This document shows positions 48,136 to 59,000 of a DNA stretch of 64,000 nucleotides, piece by piece. A model generated the notes under the pieces. That model was not told where the DNA came from. It ran no database searches and saw only the letters and a list, made by a program, of their open reading frames with translations. Each line of letters begins with the position of its first letter. The stretch's first letter is position 1. The stretch lies in assembly GCA_000146465.1 (NCBI GenBank), contig CP001942.1; one strand, given 5' to 3'. A program made the translations under genes and the position numbers.

Positions 48136-48471
48136 CTATGCCAAGAAATCCCTGAGAATTTCTTGATGGCACTCGCTTGCCTTGAATGTCTTCCTGAATG
48201 TCCTCACCCTGCTGATCCATCCGGTCTTGGACACAAAGAGCCGCTTGCTTCCTTGGAACAGAGACGTGTATCCTCCAGATAAGTATATTACATCTCCTGG
48301 ATTTAACGAACAGTTCCATATTCCAAACTCCATTGTCCCTGTCTCGTCTCCAACCAGCCACACGTCAATTTTGTCGTTGTCTTTGGTTTTGTTTGTCTCT
48401 AGATACTTGATCAGAATAAACTCCAACGAGATGTTCTTCTGGTAGTCGCTTATTTCGGCTATGCTATTCAT
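48136..48471 (-). CDS. OB-fold single-stranded DNA-binding protein, SOSS-B/NABP (hSSB)-like
   Basis: VWLVGDETGTMEFGIWN...PGDVIYLSGGYTSLFQGSKRLFVSKTGWI parallels hSSB1 CKVADKTGNIAVTLWG...[27 protein letters not shown]. Confidence 0.55.
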   Translation of the reverse strand: MNSIAEISDYQKNISLEFILIKYLETNKTKDNDKIDVWLVGDETGTMEFGIWNCSLNPGDVIYLSGGYTSLFQGSKRLFVSKTGWISRVRTFRKTFKASECHQEILRDFLA

Positions 48472-48561
48472 TACCCGGGGTCCAGCCGTTCTCAAGTATA
48501 CCGGTATCAACACCAATACATAAATCAAAGCTTAAATATCACTTCCTAATCTCTTTTAATT

Positions 48562-49137
48562 TCATGGATTTGGCCCATCTTCTTTAAACTTCATCACACT
48601 CACAAACTCATTTGCATCGTGTTCGTTCTTGAAAACAACACAATAAGGCTGCTCAGTGCACTTTCCTTCAGACATCTCTCTGACTCCAATACATACCCCC
48701 AACCTCTTCTTCGTAGGTCTGGTGTCATATGTCACAAGGAAGTCAAATGCACTCATCATCACCCCGTCTCGGATGAAAAAGCATCTCTTCTCCTTATTCT
48801 TCGTCACATATACAGACCCTGGCCCTATGTTCTCCCATTCCCCTGCAAACTTGTGTAGATTTGCCGTTGCCTTGAATACCACTCCAGGAATCTCACTCTT
48901 CATGGCTGATTGGGCCTTGGCCACAGGCTTCTTCAGAAATTCGGACTCTTTTGCCTGCTTTTTCTCTCCTCCAAGGTCTTCGAAGATGGTTCTGTTACTC
49001 TTGAGGCCTTCCAAGTTCACAGGCTTAAATATGCTGCTGGCTGCATCTTTGGCGTCACAACCATCAGAGGAGTAAACAGTTTCATGATTGCTATGGGTGC
49101 TTTCCCTGCTGTCGTCCCCAGCTCCCTTGAGGCTCAT
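48562..49137 (-). CDS. Ran-binding-domain protein (RanBP1/Yrb1-like)
   Basis: KATANLHKFAGEWENIGPGSVYV...KRCFFIRDGVMMSAFDFLV compares with the RanBD [25 protein letters not shown]...VRILMRRDKTLKICANHII. Confidence 0.55.
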   Translation of the reverse strand: MSLKGAGDDSRESTHSNHETVYSSDGCDAKDAASSIFKPVNLEGLKSNRTIFEDLGGEKKQAKESEFLKKPVAKAQSAMKSEIPGVVFKATANLHKFAGEWENIGPGSVYVTKNKEKRCFFIRDGVMMSAFDFLVTYDTRPTKKRLGVCIGVREMSEGKCTEQPYCVVFKNEHDANEFVSVMKFKEDGPNP

Positions 49138-49227
49138 CTCTCTATGGGTCTGTCTGAAAATATTTTACAGGCTGTCTGATCGCCCGAGATAGAACATACC
49201 TGTGTCTTGCATATTTGTTTATTATTT

Positions 49228-49683
49228 TTACTCCTTTCCACTACTCATCATCTCTTCGATGATGTCTGGAGTGTTAATCAGCTTGACAAGAACAAGTCGA
49301 GATAGTTTGCTGTAAAACTCTAAGTCTTTTTTTGTTATGGTTGCAAATATACTAACAAAGAGATCTCCAACCAACCGGACAGGCTCCGACAATCCTTCTC
49401 TGCTTTTCTTTATTAGCTCTACGGTAACGTTGATTTCGTCGATATTGTCGGAAATGGTGTCGGTTGTTCTACATATCCATTCCAGGAACTCTTTGAGTTG
49501 ATCATCACTAAAGTAATAGTTAATTAGTTTTGGTGATGGAGACACTTCGCAGATACTATTGAAAATCTCTTCCTTCTTGGACTTGCTAGTTGCTGCTATA
49601 TTTAGCATCCAAATGGCAAAGACAAGCTTTGAAATCAATCCTACTCCAAGAGTTCGCATGATATCTCCTGCTCTTTTTGACAA
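49228..49683 (-). CDS. Hypothetical protein
   Basis: 151-aa ORF. No recognisable motif. Confidence 0.45.
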   Translation of the reverse strand: MSKRAGDIMRTLGVGLISKLVFAIWMLNIAATSKSKKEEIFNSICEVSPSPKLINYYFSDDQLKEFLEWICRTTDTISDNIDEINVTVELIKKSREGLSEPVRLVGDLFVSIFATITKKDLEFYSKLSRLVLVKLINTPDIIEEMMSSGKE

Positions 49684-49838
49684 TTTAAGTGTTCTGGTGC
49701 ATATTTGCCTTATAAGAAAAAGGAGCTCCCCAGGGTCCTGACCATTCTCTTTTCACTACGGCTCATAAGCGCCTCTTCTCTTCTCCAAACAAAACACAGT
49801 AAAATTGGTATACACTAAGGTCAAGAAAGCTTGTAAAT

Positions 49839-50321
49839 TTATTTTCTAGGAAGGCGCTTGAGTATTATGTTAGCCACCGACCTGATAATCTTTAAGTCTT
49901 CAGACTCTTTCTGGGCTCCTGTCTCCAAAAACATCAACATCATCTTGATAAATTTCCTGGTCCTCTCGCTTAATTGGCTGTTGTTTTCGTACTCTTTCAG
50001 GAGCTGTAAAATATCCGAGTATGCTTCTCTTGCATTGTTAATATCCTCAAGAATTACATCGAACATTCTTTGTACATGTTTTGCATCCATGGAAAGAATA
50101 CTCATTCTTCCTCCACTAGAGCTTGAGCTGTTTCCACCTCTTCTCATCGAAATCTTAAACATGCCTTCTGCCTTTGGCTCGCCAGCTCCAGGATCCTTTC
50201 TACCAAGGTATTTGTAGATGAATGTAAGTCCTGCTCCCATGATAAAAAAGAATATCACCACAATCATCCCCAGCTTCTTCAGCGACATGGAAGATCCGGA
50301 TCTCCTATCAGATGACTCCAT
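49839..50321 (-). CDS. Hypothetical N-terminally membrane-anchored protein
   Basis: Single hydrophobic segment LGMIVVIFFFIMGAGLTFIY near the N-terminus, followed by a helical soluble region. Confidence 0.45.
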   Translation of the reverse strand: MESSDRRSGSSMSLKKLGMIVVIFFFIMGAGLTFIYKYLGRKDPGAGEPKAEGMFKISMRRGGNSSSSSGGRMSILSMDAKHVQRMFDVILEDINNAREAYSDILQLLKEYENNSQLSERTRKFIKMMLMFLETGAQKESEDLKIIRSVANIILKRLPRK

Positions 50322-50464
50322 ATTTCCGATCCATTTACAAGATTTTCTATACCATTCAATACCCCTATATCTCCCTTTAGACCCTTAAAGAGCTCCAATC
50401 AATAACTCCAGGCTCGGAGAGGAAGAAACGTTATTTAAACAAAAAGAAATAAATAGAGCGTTTA

Positions 50465-50866
50465 TTAGGAAGAAACCCCCTTTAGTAAAGCAGCTTGAAC
50501 AAACCCAGCTTCAGATGTCTGCTCGCAGTAGTCCTGGATTCCTGCAACACAACATCCTTTGGTCTTTACTTTTCCACTGGAGTTGGCATTCTCTACTCCA
50601 ACAATCTTTCCAAGTTCAAGGCGGGTTTCAATCGAGATAATTGGAATCTCCTTTTTCTTTGCCAGAAGTGTAACAAGCTTTGCAATTCTTGGCTCGGCAT
50701 CCTCTGCAAGCATCACAAAGTTCATTTTACCTGCAAGCATTTTCTTTGTTGTTTCCCGAGCCCCTCTGCTTAGCTTACAATATGTCCTAGACACCTTGCA
50801 CACCTTCGAAAGTGCATCCTGGAGGGTCATCTCCGGCTCCATCATCGGTTCTTGCATTTCGCTCAT
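50465..50866 (-). CDS. RPS12: 40S ribosomal protein eS12
   Basis: LQDALSKV...KKMLAGKMNFVMLAEDAEPRIAKLVTLLAKKKEIPIISIE...GKVKTKGCCVAGIQDY parallels eS12 LQEVLKTA...[33 protein letters not shown]...RKVVGCSCVVVKDY. Confidence 0.75.
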   Translation of the reverse strand: MSEMQEPMMEPEMTLQDALSKVCKVSRTYCKLSRGARETTKKMLAGKMNFVMLAEDAEPRIAKLVTLLAKKKEIPIISIETRLELGKIVGVENANSSGKVKTKGCCVAGIQDYCEQTSEAGFVQAALLKGVSS

Positions 50867-51035
50867 TGGAGGGTAAATTTTTTCTTTCGTTAACATTCCT
50901 ACAAACCAAAGATGCCGAGGCCATAGAAACACCATAGCACCCTGTTGTTGCGGGACTTTGCTCTAAAAGTCTTCATATTACTTTTCCAGAAAACATTCTG
51001 GAATGCATTTTATTGGTAAACAAAACAACCCCAAG

Positions 51036-51434
51036 ATGCCAATTGTTGTACGCGACTGCAGTGGGATGAGCACCGGCGAGATTAGTGCAAAGGTAAGAGA
51101 GATAGGAAAGCCGGTTCTTCTGAAATTCTCTTCAGAGGGATGTGCTCCGTGCGAAGACCTAAAGGAGAAGCTTGGGCAGTACCAAACAGACCTGGAGGTC
51201 AATGTTTTGGAACTTCGAAGAACAAGAACATCCTCCTACGCGGATCTCTGGGACAAGTTTGACATCACAGCATTTCCAACAATTGTGCTTGTAGATAAAG
51301 ATTTGGAGGAGATAAGGAGCACCGATGAAATAAACGGCAAAACTCTAAGCAGGATCATTGGCTCAAACATCAAGAAATTTGAAGAGCTCATCAATGGACA
51401 CAGGAATTTGTTTAAGCAGGGCTGTTCTCAATAA
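51036..51434 (+). CDS. Thioredoxin
   Basis: Active site CAPC (EGCAPCE). Thioredoxin-fold length. cis-Pro region FPTIVLV. Confidence 0.75.
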   Translation: MPIVVRDCSGMSTGEISAKVREIGKPVLLKFSSEGCAPCEDLKEKLGQYQTDLEVNVLELRRTRTSSYADLWDKFDITAFPTIVLVDKDLEEIRSTDEINGKTLSRIIGSNIKKFEELINGHRNLFKQGCSQ

Positions 51435-51438
51435 ACTT

Positions 51439-51918
51439 TTATAGTCCCTTCCATTCTGGTCTGCTGTGATATTTCCTGATGTTCTCTTTTACATTCTCTA
51501 TATATCTTTGTGGGTCTTTTTTGAAACATGCACTAGCATCTGTGTTTGCAGGGCTGCGTGTGTTAGGACTTCCAAGCAGCTGCTGAATTCCGCACAAGAC
51601 ATTCATCACATTCAAACTGGGCTTCCATCTGTCTCCAATAATATCGAGGCATACCTGGTTTGTAGGATATACATTCGGATGGTACACAGGATGCTTGAAC
51701 ATAACCTGTGGAGGGCTGAATGGATAGTCATCTGGGAAGTCCACGTAAAGTGTGTAATAAGATCCTTCGTATACACTGTCTTGGGGCCCAGGAATTCCAC
51801 ATTCCCATCTTGTTATACCTCTTCTCGGCTTCTTAGGTACCGGAACTGCATAAAACTTGTACTTTCTGTTTTTAGTTAAGTTCTCCTGCTCTGCTAAAAG
51901 CCTTTCCAGATTTGCCAT
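51439..51918 (-). CDS. UBC9: SUMO-conjugating enzyme UBC9
   Basis: WECGIPGPQDSVYEGSYYTLYVDFPDDYPFSPPQVMFKHPVYHPNVYPTNQVCLDII matches Ubc9 [57 protein letters not shown] almost position for position. Confidence 0.85.
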   Translation of the reverse strand: MANLERLLAEQENLTKNRKYKFYAVPVPKKPRRGITRWECGIPGPQDSVYEGSYYTLYVDFPDDYPFSPPQVMFKHPVYHPNVYPTNQVCLDIIGDRWKPSLNVMNVLCGIQQLLGSPNTRSPANTDASACFKKDPQRYIENVKENIRKYHSRPEWKGL

Positions 51919-51989
51919 TAAAGGGATGTGCCAGAGGCCAAAAGAAACTACAGCCAAATGACCAGAAAAGGCCTCGTTTTGCAGCCCTA

Positions 51990-52478
51990 ATGGAAAGAGA
52001 AGCGTTTACCGAGTCTGACGAGGAAAACATCCAAGTGATTCTAAACCCATATCCTTTGGCTACCGAAAACGCCCTAAACGGAATAGACGCATCCAGTGAT
52101 CCAGAAGAAAGAAATAAGTTTGTCCAGGATCTCTCCATCATTCTGTCAAACTATGCTGCTGTTTTGAATCCAAAGGTCCAGGAAAAGTTCCCAGCACTCG
52201 TCCGCCTACTGAAGAGCAAGGACATATACAATTCCAGTGCCCTGATGCTGTCGGATGCATGTCGGCATATAGTCGGCATCCAAAATGCATTCAAAGCCCT
52301 TGGTGTCTTCGAGAATCTGGATTTCACCCCAGACCATTACAAGGCATCTGTATCTCTGGTATACTCCCTGTGCATGGAGAACAAGACCAATACAACGTAC
52401 TTCATCGAAAAATACTATAATGAGGAGCGGGATAAAGACAATCCTCTTTTACAAAGCATCAGAAACCAGTCGTTTTGA
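51990..52478 (+). CDS. Hypothetical protein
   Basis: ORF 51912..52478 trimmed to the first Met (MEREAF) that does not overlap UBC9. No recognisable motif. Confidence 0.4.
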   Translation: MEREAFTESDEENIQVILNPYPLATENALNGIDASSDPEERNKFVQDLSIILSNYAAVLNPKVQEKFPALVRLLKSKDIYNSSALMLSDACRHIVGIQNAFKALGVFENLDFTPDHYKASVSLVYSLCMENKTNTTYFIEKYYNEERDKDNPLLQSIRNQSF

Positions 52479-52520
52479 GCCCATCTCTTAAACACCTACA
52501 ATAAAAGCAAATTTCCTTTA

Positions 52521-52898
52521 TTATTTCCAATTGATTTTGAACTCAAGGATACTTTCAAGCTCCTGTGCAATCTTTTCATTGTAGACCGCTTCACCTCTTT
52601 CCCAACTATCGATCACAGATACATTTTTTTTCATCTTTTGAGCCAGATCTTTTCTTGACATTCCCTTCCGAGTCCTTGCATTTGCTATGGAATCCCCAGC
52701 CTCCTTGCTCACCATCTTAAGTTCGGAGTCTTCTAAGGCCGCTGTCTTCGGCTTGTTTTGGTCTTCGGGCTTCTTCTTCGTTAGAATTATCGGCTTGTTG
52801 TTTCTCATAAGGGATATCTTTACACTTCTAAAATATTGCCGTTTAATGATATGAAAAACCTGCTCCTGGGAATCAGACCTCAATCCCAATTTCTTCAT
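52521..52898 (-). CDS. MBF1: Multiprotein-bridging factor 1 (MBF1), HTH transcriptional coactivator
   Basis: ARTRKGMSRKDLAQKMKKNVSVIDSWERGEAVYNEKIAQELESIL compares with the MBF1 HTH [45 protein letters not shown]. The ORF start overlaps the HOP2 3' end by 26 nt; the internal Met at 52808 is an alternative. Confidence 0.65.
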   Translation of the reverse strand: MKKLGLRSDSQEQVFHIIKRQYFRSVKISLMRNNKPIILTKKKPEDQNKPKTAALEDSELKMVSKEAGDSIANARTRKGMSRKDLAQKMKKNVSVIDSWERGEAVYNEKIAQELESILEFKINWK

Positions 52899-53466
52899 AT
52901 ACCTCGGACTTCTTCATATCCATCCCCTCGGAAAGCCTTTCAACAACTTCATTGAATATCCTTCTGATCTTCTTGAGCCCGGACTGTGCTTTTTCATAAC
53001 TCTTTCGGGCGCTTTCCATATCTTTCTTGGATACCTTCCTCTCTCCGTTTCTGAAGTTCTCAAGTCTTTCAGAGTTGTCTCCAACTGCCCTATCCAGAAG
53101 CCCGATACTTTCCTCCAGCTGTTCAATGGACAGCATCTTATCAAGCATCCGGATCTCCATATTGATCGCATTGGTTTCGTCTTCAAGCAACTTTTTTTTC
53201 TCTTCATATTCTTGGAGCTCGGCACTTAATTTAACATCCTCTTCATTCTGAAATAGATCTTGGTTGACAAGATATATTTTTGACTTTCCATAAGTCTTTG
53301 TTACCAGTCTTCCCTCCTGCTCCAGATCGTCTAGGATTTCCTGTATTCCTGTTCCTCCTATCTCTCCCTTGAAGTATGCCACCACCTCAGACTTGGATGT
53401 GGGTCTGTTACACTTGTACATCATTTGAAATACTCTTTCCCCATCATCCTCATAATTTTCCTTCAT
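52873..53466 (-). CDS. HOP2: Homologous-pairing protein 2 (Hop2/TBPIP), meiotic recombination factor
   Basis: Winged-helix N-terminus: VFQMMYKCNRPTSKSEVVAYF...TYGKSKIYLVNQDLF compares with Hop2 LLRYLQEQNRPYSSQDVFGNL...MYGKQKIYFADQDQF. Coiled coil. C-terminal EVYEEIGIEV compares with FEEVGIETDEDY. Confidence 0.75.
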   Translation of the reverse strand: MKENYEDDGERVFQMMYKCNRPTSKSEVVAYFKGEIGGTGIQEILDDLEQEGRLVTKTYGKSKIYLVNQDLFQNEEDVKLSAELQEYEEKKKLLEDETNAINMEIRMLDKMLSIEQLEESIGLLDRAVGDNSERLENFRNGERKVSKKDMESARKSYEKAQSGLKKIRRIFNEVVERLSEGMDMKKSEVYEEIGIEV

Positions 53467-53549
53467 TATAGGGTGATTTCAACCTATCAAATCTATTCTA
53501 TGTTTGGAAATCTGTCAAGCATAAATCTCCAGGTTCCGAAAGCCCTAGA

Positions 53550-54455
53550 ATGATCTGCAAAACTCAGAAGCTTAACAACGGAAACGAGATGCCCACTGTG
53601 GGTCTTGGAACATGGGGGCTGGAGGACGAGGAAGTTCTTGAATGCTCAATAAGAAACGCGCTCGATATGGGATATAGGCACATAGACACTGCATTTATAT
53701 ACGGTAATGAAAAGATTATAGGAAACATTCTAAGGAAACTGTTTAAAGAAGGTGTAGTGCAAAGAAAAGATCTGTTCATAACCTCGAAGCTTTGGAATAC
53801 TTTCCACGGATGCCCTGAGGATGCGTTGAGAAATACATTGAATGACCTTCAGACAGACTACGTGGACTTGTATCTTATCCATTGGCCTGTAGCACTCGAT
53901 CCGGCACCCGACGGTACTGTAGAGTCTTTCGGAAAAAAATACAGTGTTGGGAAGTTTAACCCGGTCTCTCTGTGGAAGAAGATGGAGAAACTTGTTGACC
54001 TTGGCCTAGCAAAGTCGATTGGGATATCGAATTTCGGCAAAGACAACACAGAGAAGATTCTCCAGGAATGCAGAATCCTCCCGGCAGTGGCTCAAATTGA
54101 ACTACATCCATACTTGAACCAGAAGGAACTTGTGGAATTCATGAAGTCCAAGAATATCCAAGTTGTAAGCTATTCGTCCCTTGGATCGGCATCGGACTCA
54201 CCCCTGAAGGTTCGAGATGACGAGACCATCAAGAGCATAGCCAGGAAATACGAATGCACTCCGTCCCAAGTAATACTCAGTTACATTACTTCCCAGGGGA
54301 TTTGTGTGATTCCAAGGAGTAAGTCTAAGGAACATCTGAAAGAAAACATCGACCTGAAAGAGTTGTCGAAGGAAGATATCTCTGCCATTGATGCCCTCGA
54401 CAGAGGACACAGGTATATCGATCCTACCAGATTTGGGCCTGACAGATTCCTATAA
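53550..54455 (+). CDS. Aldo-keto reductase (aldose reductase/GCY1-like)
   Basis: LGTWG, GYRHIDTAFIYGNE, DLYLIHWP and the C-terminal IPRSKSKEHLKENI are the AKR catalytic tetrad context and signature motifs. Confidence 0.9.
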   Translation: MICKTQKLNNGNEMPTVGLGTWGLEDEEVLECSIRNALDMGYRHIDTAFIYGNEKIIGNILRKLFKEGVVQRKDLFITSKLWNTFHGCPEDALRNTLNDLQTDYVDLYLIHWPVALDPAPDGTVESFGKKYSVGKFNPVSLWKKMEKLVDLGLAKSIGISNFGKDNTEKILQECRILPAVAQIELHPYLNQKELVEFMKSKNIQVVSYSSLGSASDSPLKVRDDETIKSIARKYECTPSQVILSYITSQGICVIPRSKSKEHLKENIDLKELSKEDISAIDALDRGHRYIDPTRFGPDRFL

Positions 54456-54497
54456 AGGATCTGATTTGATTTTCTTGATATTTTGCAATGAAGCCCA

Positions 54498-54761
54498 ATG
54501 GACTGGGGGAATCTCAAGGACATGAAGAGAGAAACAATTTATCTAATAGTGGGAGATGACATTGCTTATCTCGACAAAGAGAGTGTACAAAAGAAAAGAG
54601 TCCATTCAGTCGACTACTTCACAGTAGGAGGAGCGTGTGTGATAAAGGGAAGAACTAAGTATTTATGCTCTTGTGGTTATGAGATATGCTGGCATTCCAT
54701 AAGGGTTTCTACTTTCGTTGAGACAACGGCAGAGGAGTGGAGGGACAGATCTCCAGGCTAA
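54498..54761 (+). CDS. Small hypothetical protein (87 aa) with a Cys/His cluster
   Basis: ORF fills the gap between AKR and the TBL1-like gene. CSCGYEICWH could be a small metal-binding site. Uncertain. Confidence 0.3.
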   Translation: MDWGNLKDMKRETIYLIVGDDIAYLDKESVQKKRVHSVDYFTVGGACVIKGRTKYLCSCGYEICWHSIRVSTFVETTAEEWRDRSPG

Positions 54762-54763
54762 TG

Positions 54764-56038
54764 CTAAAGATGCTTAAGACTTATCAACTTCGGTGAGCTA
54801 CCAGATATACAGATGCACAAGTATGACCCACTTGTAGAAAATAAAAGTTTGAAGACACTTCCGTCCACCTTGTATCTGTAAACTTCTCTGCATCTGGAAT
54901 CACTAAGTATTACCTCTCCGTCCAAAGAGCCACTTGCAATCAGATATGAGGAGCAGTCAACTGCTAAAACTTTGTCTTTGTGTTCTAACCTGCAGACAGG
55001 TGTTGACTTCTCAATGTCCCACAACTTGACAAGCCTATCAGATCCACATGTCACAATCTTGTCATTTGTCCATTTATGGTCATTGACACCACCCTCGTGG
55101 GCATTTATCTTACTTCCCTCCATAGACCCGACATCCCACACCCCAAAGGTACCGTCATGGGATGATGTTGATAGCATCGACTCATTATACTCCATTCCAC
55201 TGATTTGGCCTTTGTGGGTGCCAATTCGAGACACCTTCGACTCGCTAACATCCACAAAAGAAACAGAAAAGTCACTTAGGCTGCATCCAACTTCATTTTC
55301 CCCCATCCATACAACATCCTCTACCTCACATTCTGAGACATTCACCTCTGTAATTCCATTGTTCATCATAACAATGCGTCCATCTCTTCCAGAAGAAAGA
55401 ATTCCTCTTCCTCGTTGCCTTACTCTTGTGACGCTCTTGCTATGGCACGCATAGCTTCTTGTCCTTCCGCTTGACACATTAACAGTTATTACTTCTCCAC
55501 CTTCGTTCCCAACAACTAGCTCATCGTCGTTCCAGGATAGCGATGTCAGATTCTTCATCTCTCTTTTCCATCGAAGACCTTCACTCCCAATCCCAAGAAC
55601 TTCCCCAGCTGCAGTGTAAATCCCCAGGGAGTCTCTATTCCAGCAGGAAAGGAGCCCAACCCCCATCCTGTCAAGACTTATTTCTTCGACATCAACCGAC
55701 ATGGTTCCCTTTTCTTCAGAGATATGATCTTCTCTGGAACTTGGAGGTTCTTTCTTCAGAAAGCCACATACATGCTCCTCCGATAGACAGAATCTGGTTT
55801 CACAGGCAACCACTGAATTTCCTTGAAGATGCTTAGTTCCATACAGATACTGCAGTCCTTTTCCAACAAGAGATATCAGACTATGGGGTAAAGGTTTGTC
55901 GCTGGGGGCTGCCTCGTTCTTAAATGTGAAAAGAGTGTATATGTATCCTTCATCCTCAAGATACTTGTAAACTAGCTGGTTTATCTCGTCCCTCGACATT
56001 TCGATCATTGTTCTTAAACTTCTATGGGCTGGCATCAA
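54764..56038 (-). CDS. LisH + WD40 protein of the TBL1/Sif2/Ebi family (co-repressor complex subunit)
   Basis: N-terminal LisH EINQLVYKYLEDEGYIYTLFTFKNEA...LISLVGKGLQYL compares with TBL1 [26 protein letters not shown]...LISIIQKGLQYV. It is followed by about 7 WD repeats. Confidence 0.65.
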   Translation of the reverse strand: MMPAHRSLRTMIEMSRDEINQLVYKYLEDEGYIYTLFTFKNEAAPSDKPLPHSLISLVGKGLQYLYGTKHLQGNSVVACETRFCLSEEHVCGFLKKEPPSSREDHISEEKGTMSVDVEEISLDRMGVGLLSCWNRDSLGIYTAAGEVLGIGSEGLRWKREMKNLTSLSWNDDELVVGNEGGEVITVNVSSGRTRSYACHSKSVTRVRQRGRGILSSGRDGRIVMMNNGITEVNVSECEVEDVVWMGENEVGCSLSDFSVSFVDVSESKVSRIGTHKGQISGMEYNESMLSTSSHDGTFGVWDVGSMEGSKINAHEGGVNDHKWTNDKIVTCGSDRLVKLWDIEKSTPVCRLEHKDKVLAVDCSSYLIASGSLDGEVILSDSRCREVYRYKVDGSVFKLLFSTSGSYLCICISGSSPKLISLKHL

Positions 56039-59000
56039 GTGTTATCATTTAAGCGTTGTAATGGACTCAAATGGTTACCCCGGAGAATGCTGATAGGCAA
56101 GTTGGAGGAGTTTCCATCGCTCAAAAACCCTTCTGGACAGGAAGGAAATCCACTCAGACGCAAGAAGAGGAAGCTTATTCTGTATTCCCTGTACATCTTC
56201 TCTGTAATTGCAATGTGCCGTCTGACCAAGACATTCTATTGGCTTTACACTTTAGACCTTAGTAAGTTGCAACTCAACAAAGTGGTTTATGACACAAAGA
56301 CATGGAAGAAAATAGAGGTGGGAATTTCGCTTGAGAACTCGGAGTCCCCGATTCATGTGAAGTTTACAGATGTATATGCCAATCTATTCAGTATATCACC
56401 AGATGGAAGCGAGAATCCTTTACTTTCACTGAGGATTCCAATGGCAAACATTGCAAAGCACAAGAATATCCTGTTTAATGGAGACATATACATAGAAAAC
56501 TTCAATAGGAGGAATGTGATTGAATCAAGATTTTCGGTTCACTTTGGAATCAGAATGGATGCACGGATGTACCCCCGGTTGTGCTTTATAAGATTTCCTT
56601 TTCGTAACTCGCAATCCTTCTCCCTGGGGAGCTCTGTCTCAAGTCCTGGGAAAGAGGTTGTGCTTAAACAGGTGTATGCAGAATCGAGAGATGGAATGCT
56701 TCTGCTAGAGTGTGAGATAGACAACAAAAAATTCAATGTCCCGAAGTTTGTTGCGATCCGGAGCCGTGGGGTTGTGATTAACTTTGGAGGGAAGGGCAAC
56801 CCAAGGATTGTAAACGTCGGACCTGTGGAGGTGGATGGATCCATATTCCTGACTCCCTTGATTATAAGGATCAGCATCACCCCTGAATGGGGAGAAGAGC
56901 TTAAGGAAAATCTCATCAAGGGACTTAATGGAGAAGAGGTAAGCATCAAGGTGAAGGGCTTCTACTTTAAGGGAGACGACGAAAACCCGTCGGAAAAATG
57001 GATTGGCCTCGGACTTAGTATTGGGTTCAATACCAGAAGCTTTCGAAGCCATGACATAGCGTTTAAGAACAGGAAGAAGAAATGCCCTATTCTTAAGAAG
57101 CCATTGGTAATTCTAAAGAACGGCATATTGGAAGACCTTCCAGGGTTCCGTGCATTTATTCGAAAGGAAATCTTTCCGTTCATCGAGAGCCACAGCATCC
57201 TAGTGATGCGCTCGAACATGTTCTTCGGGGACATCTATTTCAACAAATTCCTGATTGGAAGGATCAAAATCTTCATTGATAACGGAGACGAGTATTTTGT
57301 GGTGACATGCATGCTTTCTGAATTTGATTCTGAGGAGCTTCTGAAGGCCTTCAGATCGTCGAATGAAAAGGAAGTGAAGATTGTCTTTGGTTCTTCCAAC
57401 GGCCTGATGGTTCTTGTAAATGACATTGAGCTTGTGTGGAATCTATCTAAAGGACTGTTGTATCTTTTTTACAAGAACCACGAGTACAACATTTTGTCCT
57501 CCCAAAAGGATTTGAATGTAATTGATGTCTTACATACTGTTTCAAGTGGTTTATCATCCCTCCGGATCGATACCCTGGCCAGGTTTTCTCCAGGGAGGAA
57601 GAGCTCCTTTACAACCTTCCAACTGAAGCTTGTTGGATTCGACTTTTCCTTTTCCAATGCGGGAATAAATGCGAAATTCTCTGTGGAGGACACCAACATA
57701 ATATACCAGAACAGTGAAGAGCCGTTGAACAGAAGGATCTTTGGGGAGTTTTTGATGCATACAAACATCAGCGACTCACTGAAAAGCATACTTGAGAAGT
57801 TAGAACACAACGGAGACTCTTCGGAGAAGGAAGAGAAGGAGGATGGCAGAAGACTCCTCCTCAAATACAACAAGGACAAGCCTTGCAAAATAAGAAAGCA
57901 TTTTTTCTCTGTGCATCTCCTGGAGGATGAAACACCCCAGTACTCTGGAGTAGTCATACGAAATGTTATTAGAATACCATGCGACACAAGGTTCAATCTG
58001 ACAGCCTACACAAAGAACCTAAACCTGAAGAGGGCCAAGCCAGTTGTTGTAAACTTTGGGTATACCAAGATCTGCTATTTGTTGATGAAAGGTGGATCAC
58101 GGATAGAGCTTGGGAATGGGATAGACTTTTCGGTGTCTTTTTCGAACCTACATGACCTCGTAGCGTTAGGAGCGAATAATGTAGCTGTTGTTTGTGATGA
58201 GGGGGATTATGTAGCAAGAGCAATCAAGGACATACTTGCTTGGATCACAAGAAGAGACGATGAGGATGGTGTTAAAAAGCAGATATGTCCTAAAGACATG
58301 GTGTTTAAGTCTAAGTTAAAGAGGTTGAAGGACTGGGCTCTGAGCACCGGGCGTGTATATGAAGGAATCACAGAGATATCCATTCCCATTGAGATGTTCA
58401 ATTCTACAAACATTGAATTCGATATTCCAAACGTTGGATTTATGGTCTTGGAAGAGGAGAACAAGAGCACACCCTATAGGGGGTTTGGGTCCATAGAAAT
58501 CTTGCCCAGCATCCAATACATGTTTGAGGGCCATATATACAAATCTTTTGGAGTGCTATACAGATTTTCCGAGATTTCCTCAAACAATACTTTGTTAAAC
58601 ATGCATCTTATTGTCGAGGATAAGATATACGAATCGGAGATAATAAATTACGACTCATACAGAAGAGTGATGGGGGATGTAAGGGATGAGATGTTCAAAA
58701 AGGATGACAAGAAGGAAAAGAAGGGAATGTCTGTTGAGATCTCCAGCTCAACCAACTTTAGGATACAGAGGATTGGGAAGACTATCTCTTCCGAGGGAGA
58801 CACCTGGTTTGTGAAGATTGTTAACAATAATCTGAGAGACTTCTTGTTTTTGGGGATTCCTAATCTTCTTTTGAAGTCTTTCTATGGGGTTATACCGTCA
58901 GGAATAAGGTTTGAGATTGACATGGACAAAAATGCCATGGGGCTTTACATAGGGTCACGAGAAACAAATCCTTGGGAAATCCAAGGAGAGAGGAAGGAAG

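Noticed and set aside
50867-50935. Possible short 5' intron in the eS12 gene (minus strand GTGTTTC...TTTGTAG, 34 nt, directly after the first ATG)
   Set aside because: The 5' splice site is not the microsporidian GTAAGT type. Removing the segment puts a stop codon in frame. A downstream Met (MSEMQEP) gives a normal eS12 N-terminus without any intron.
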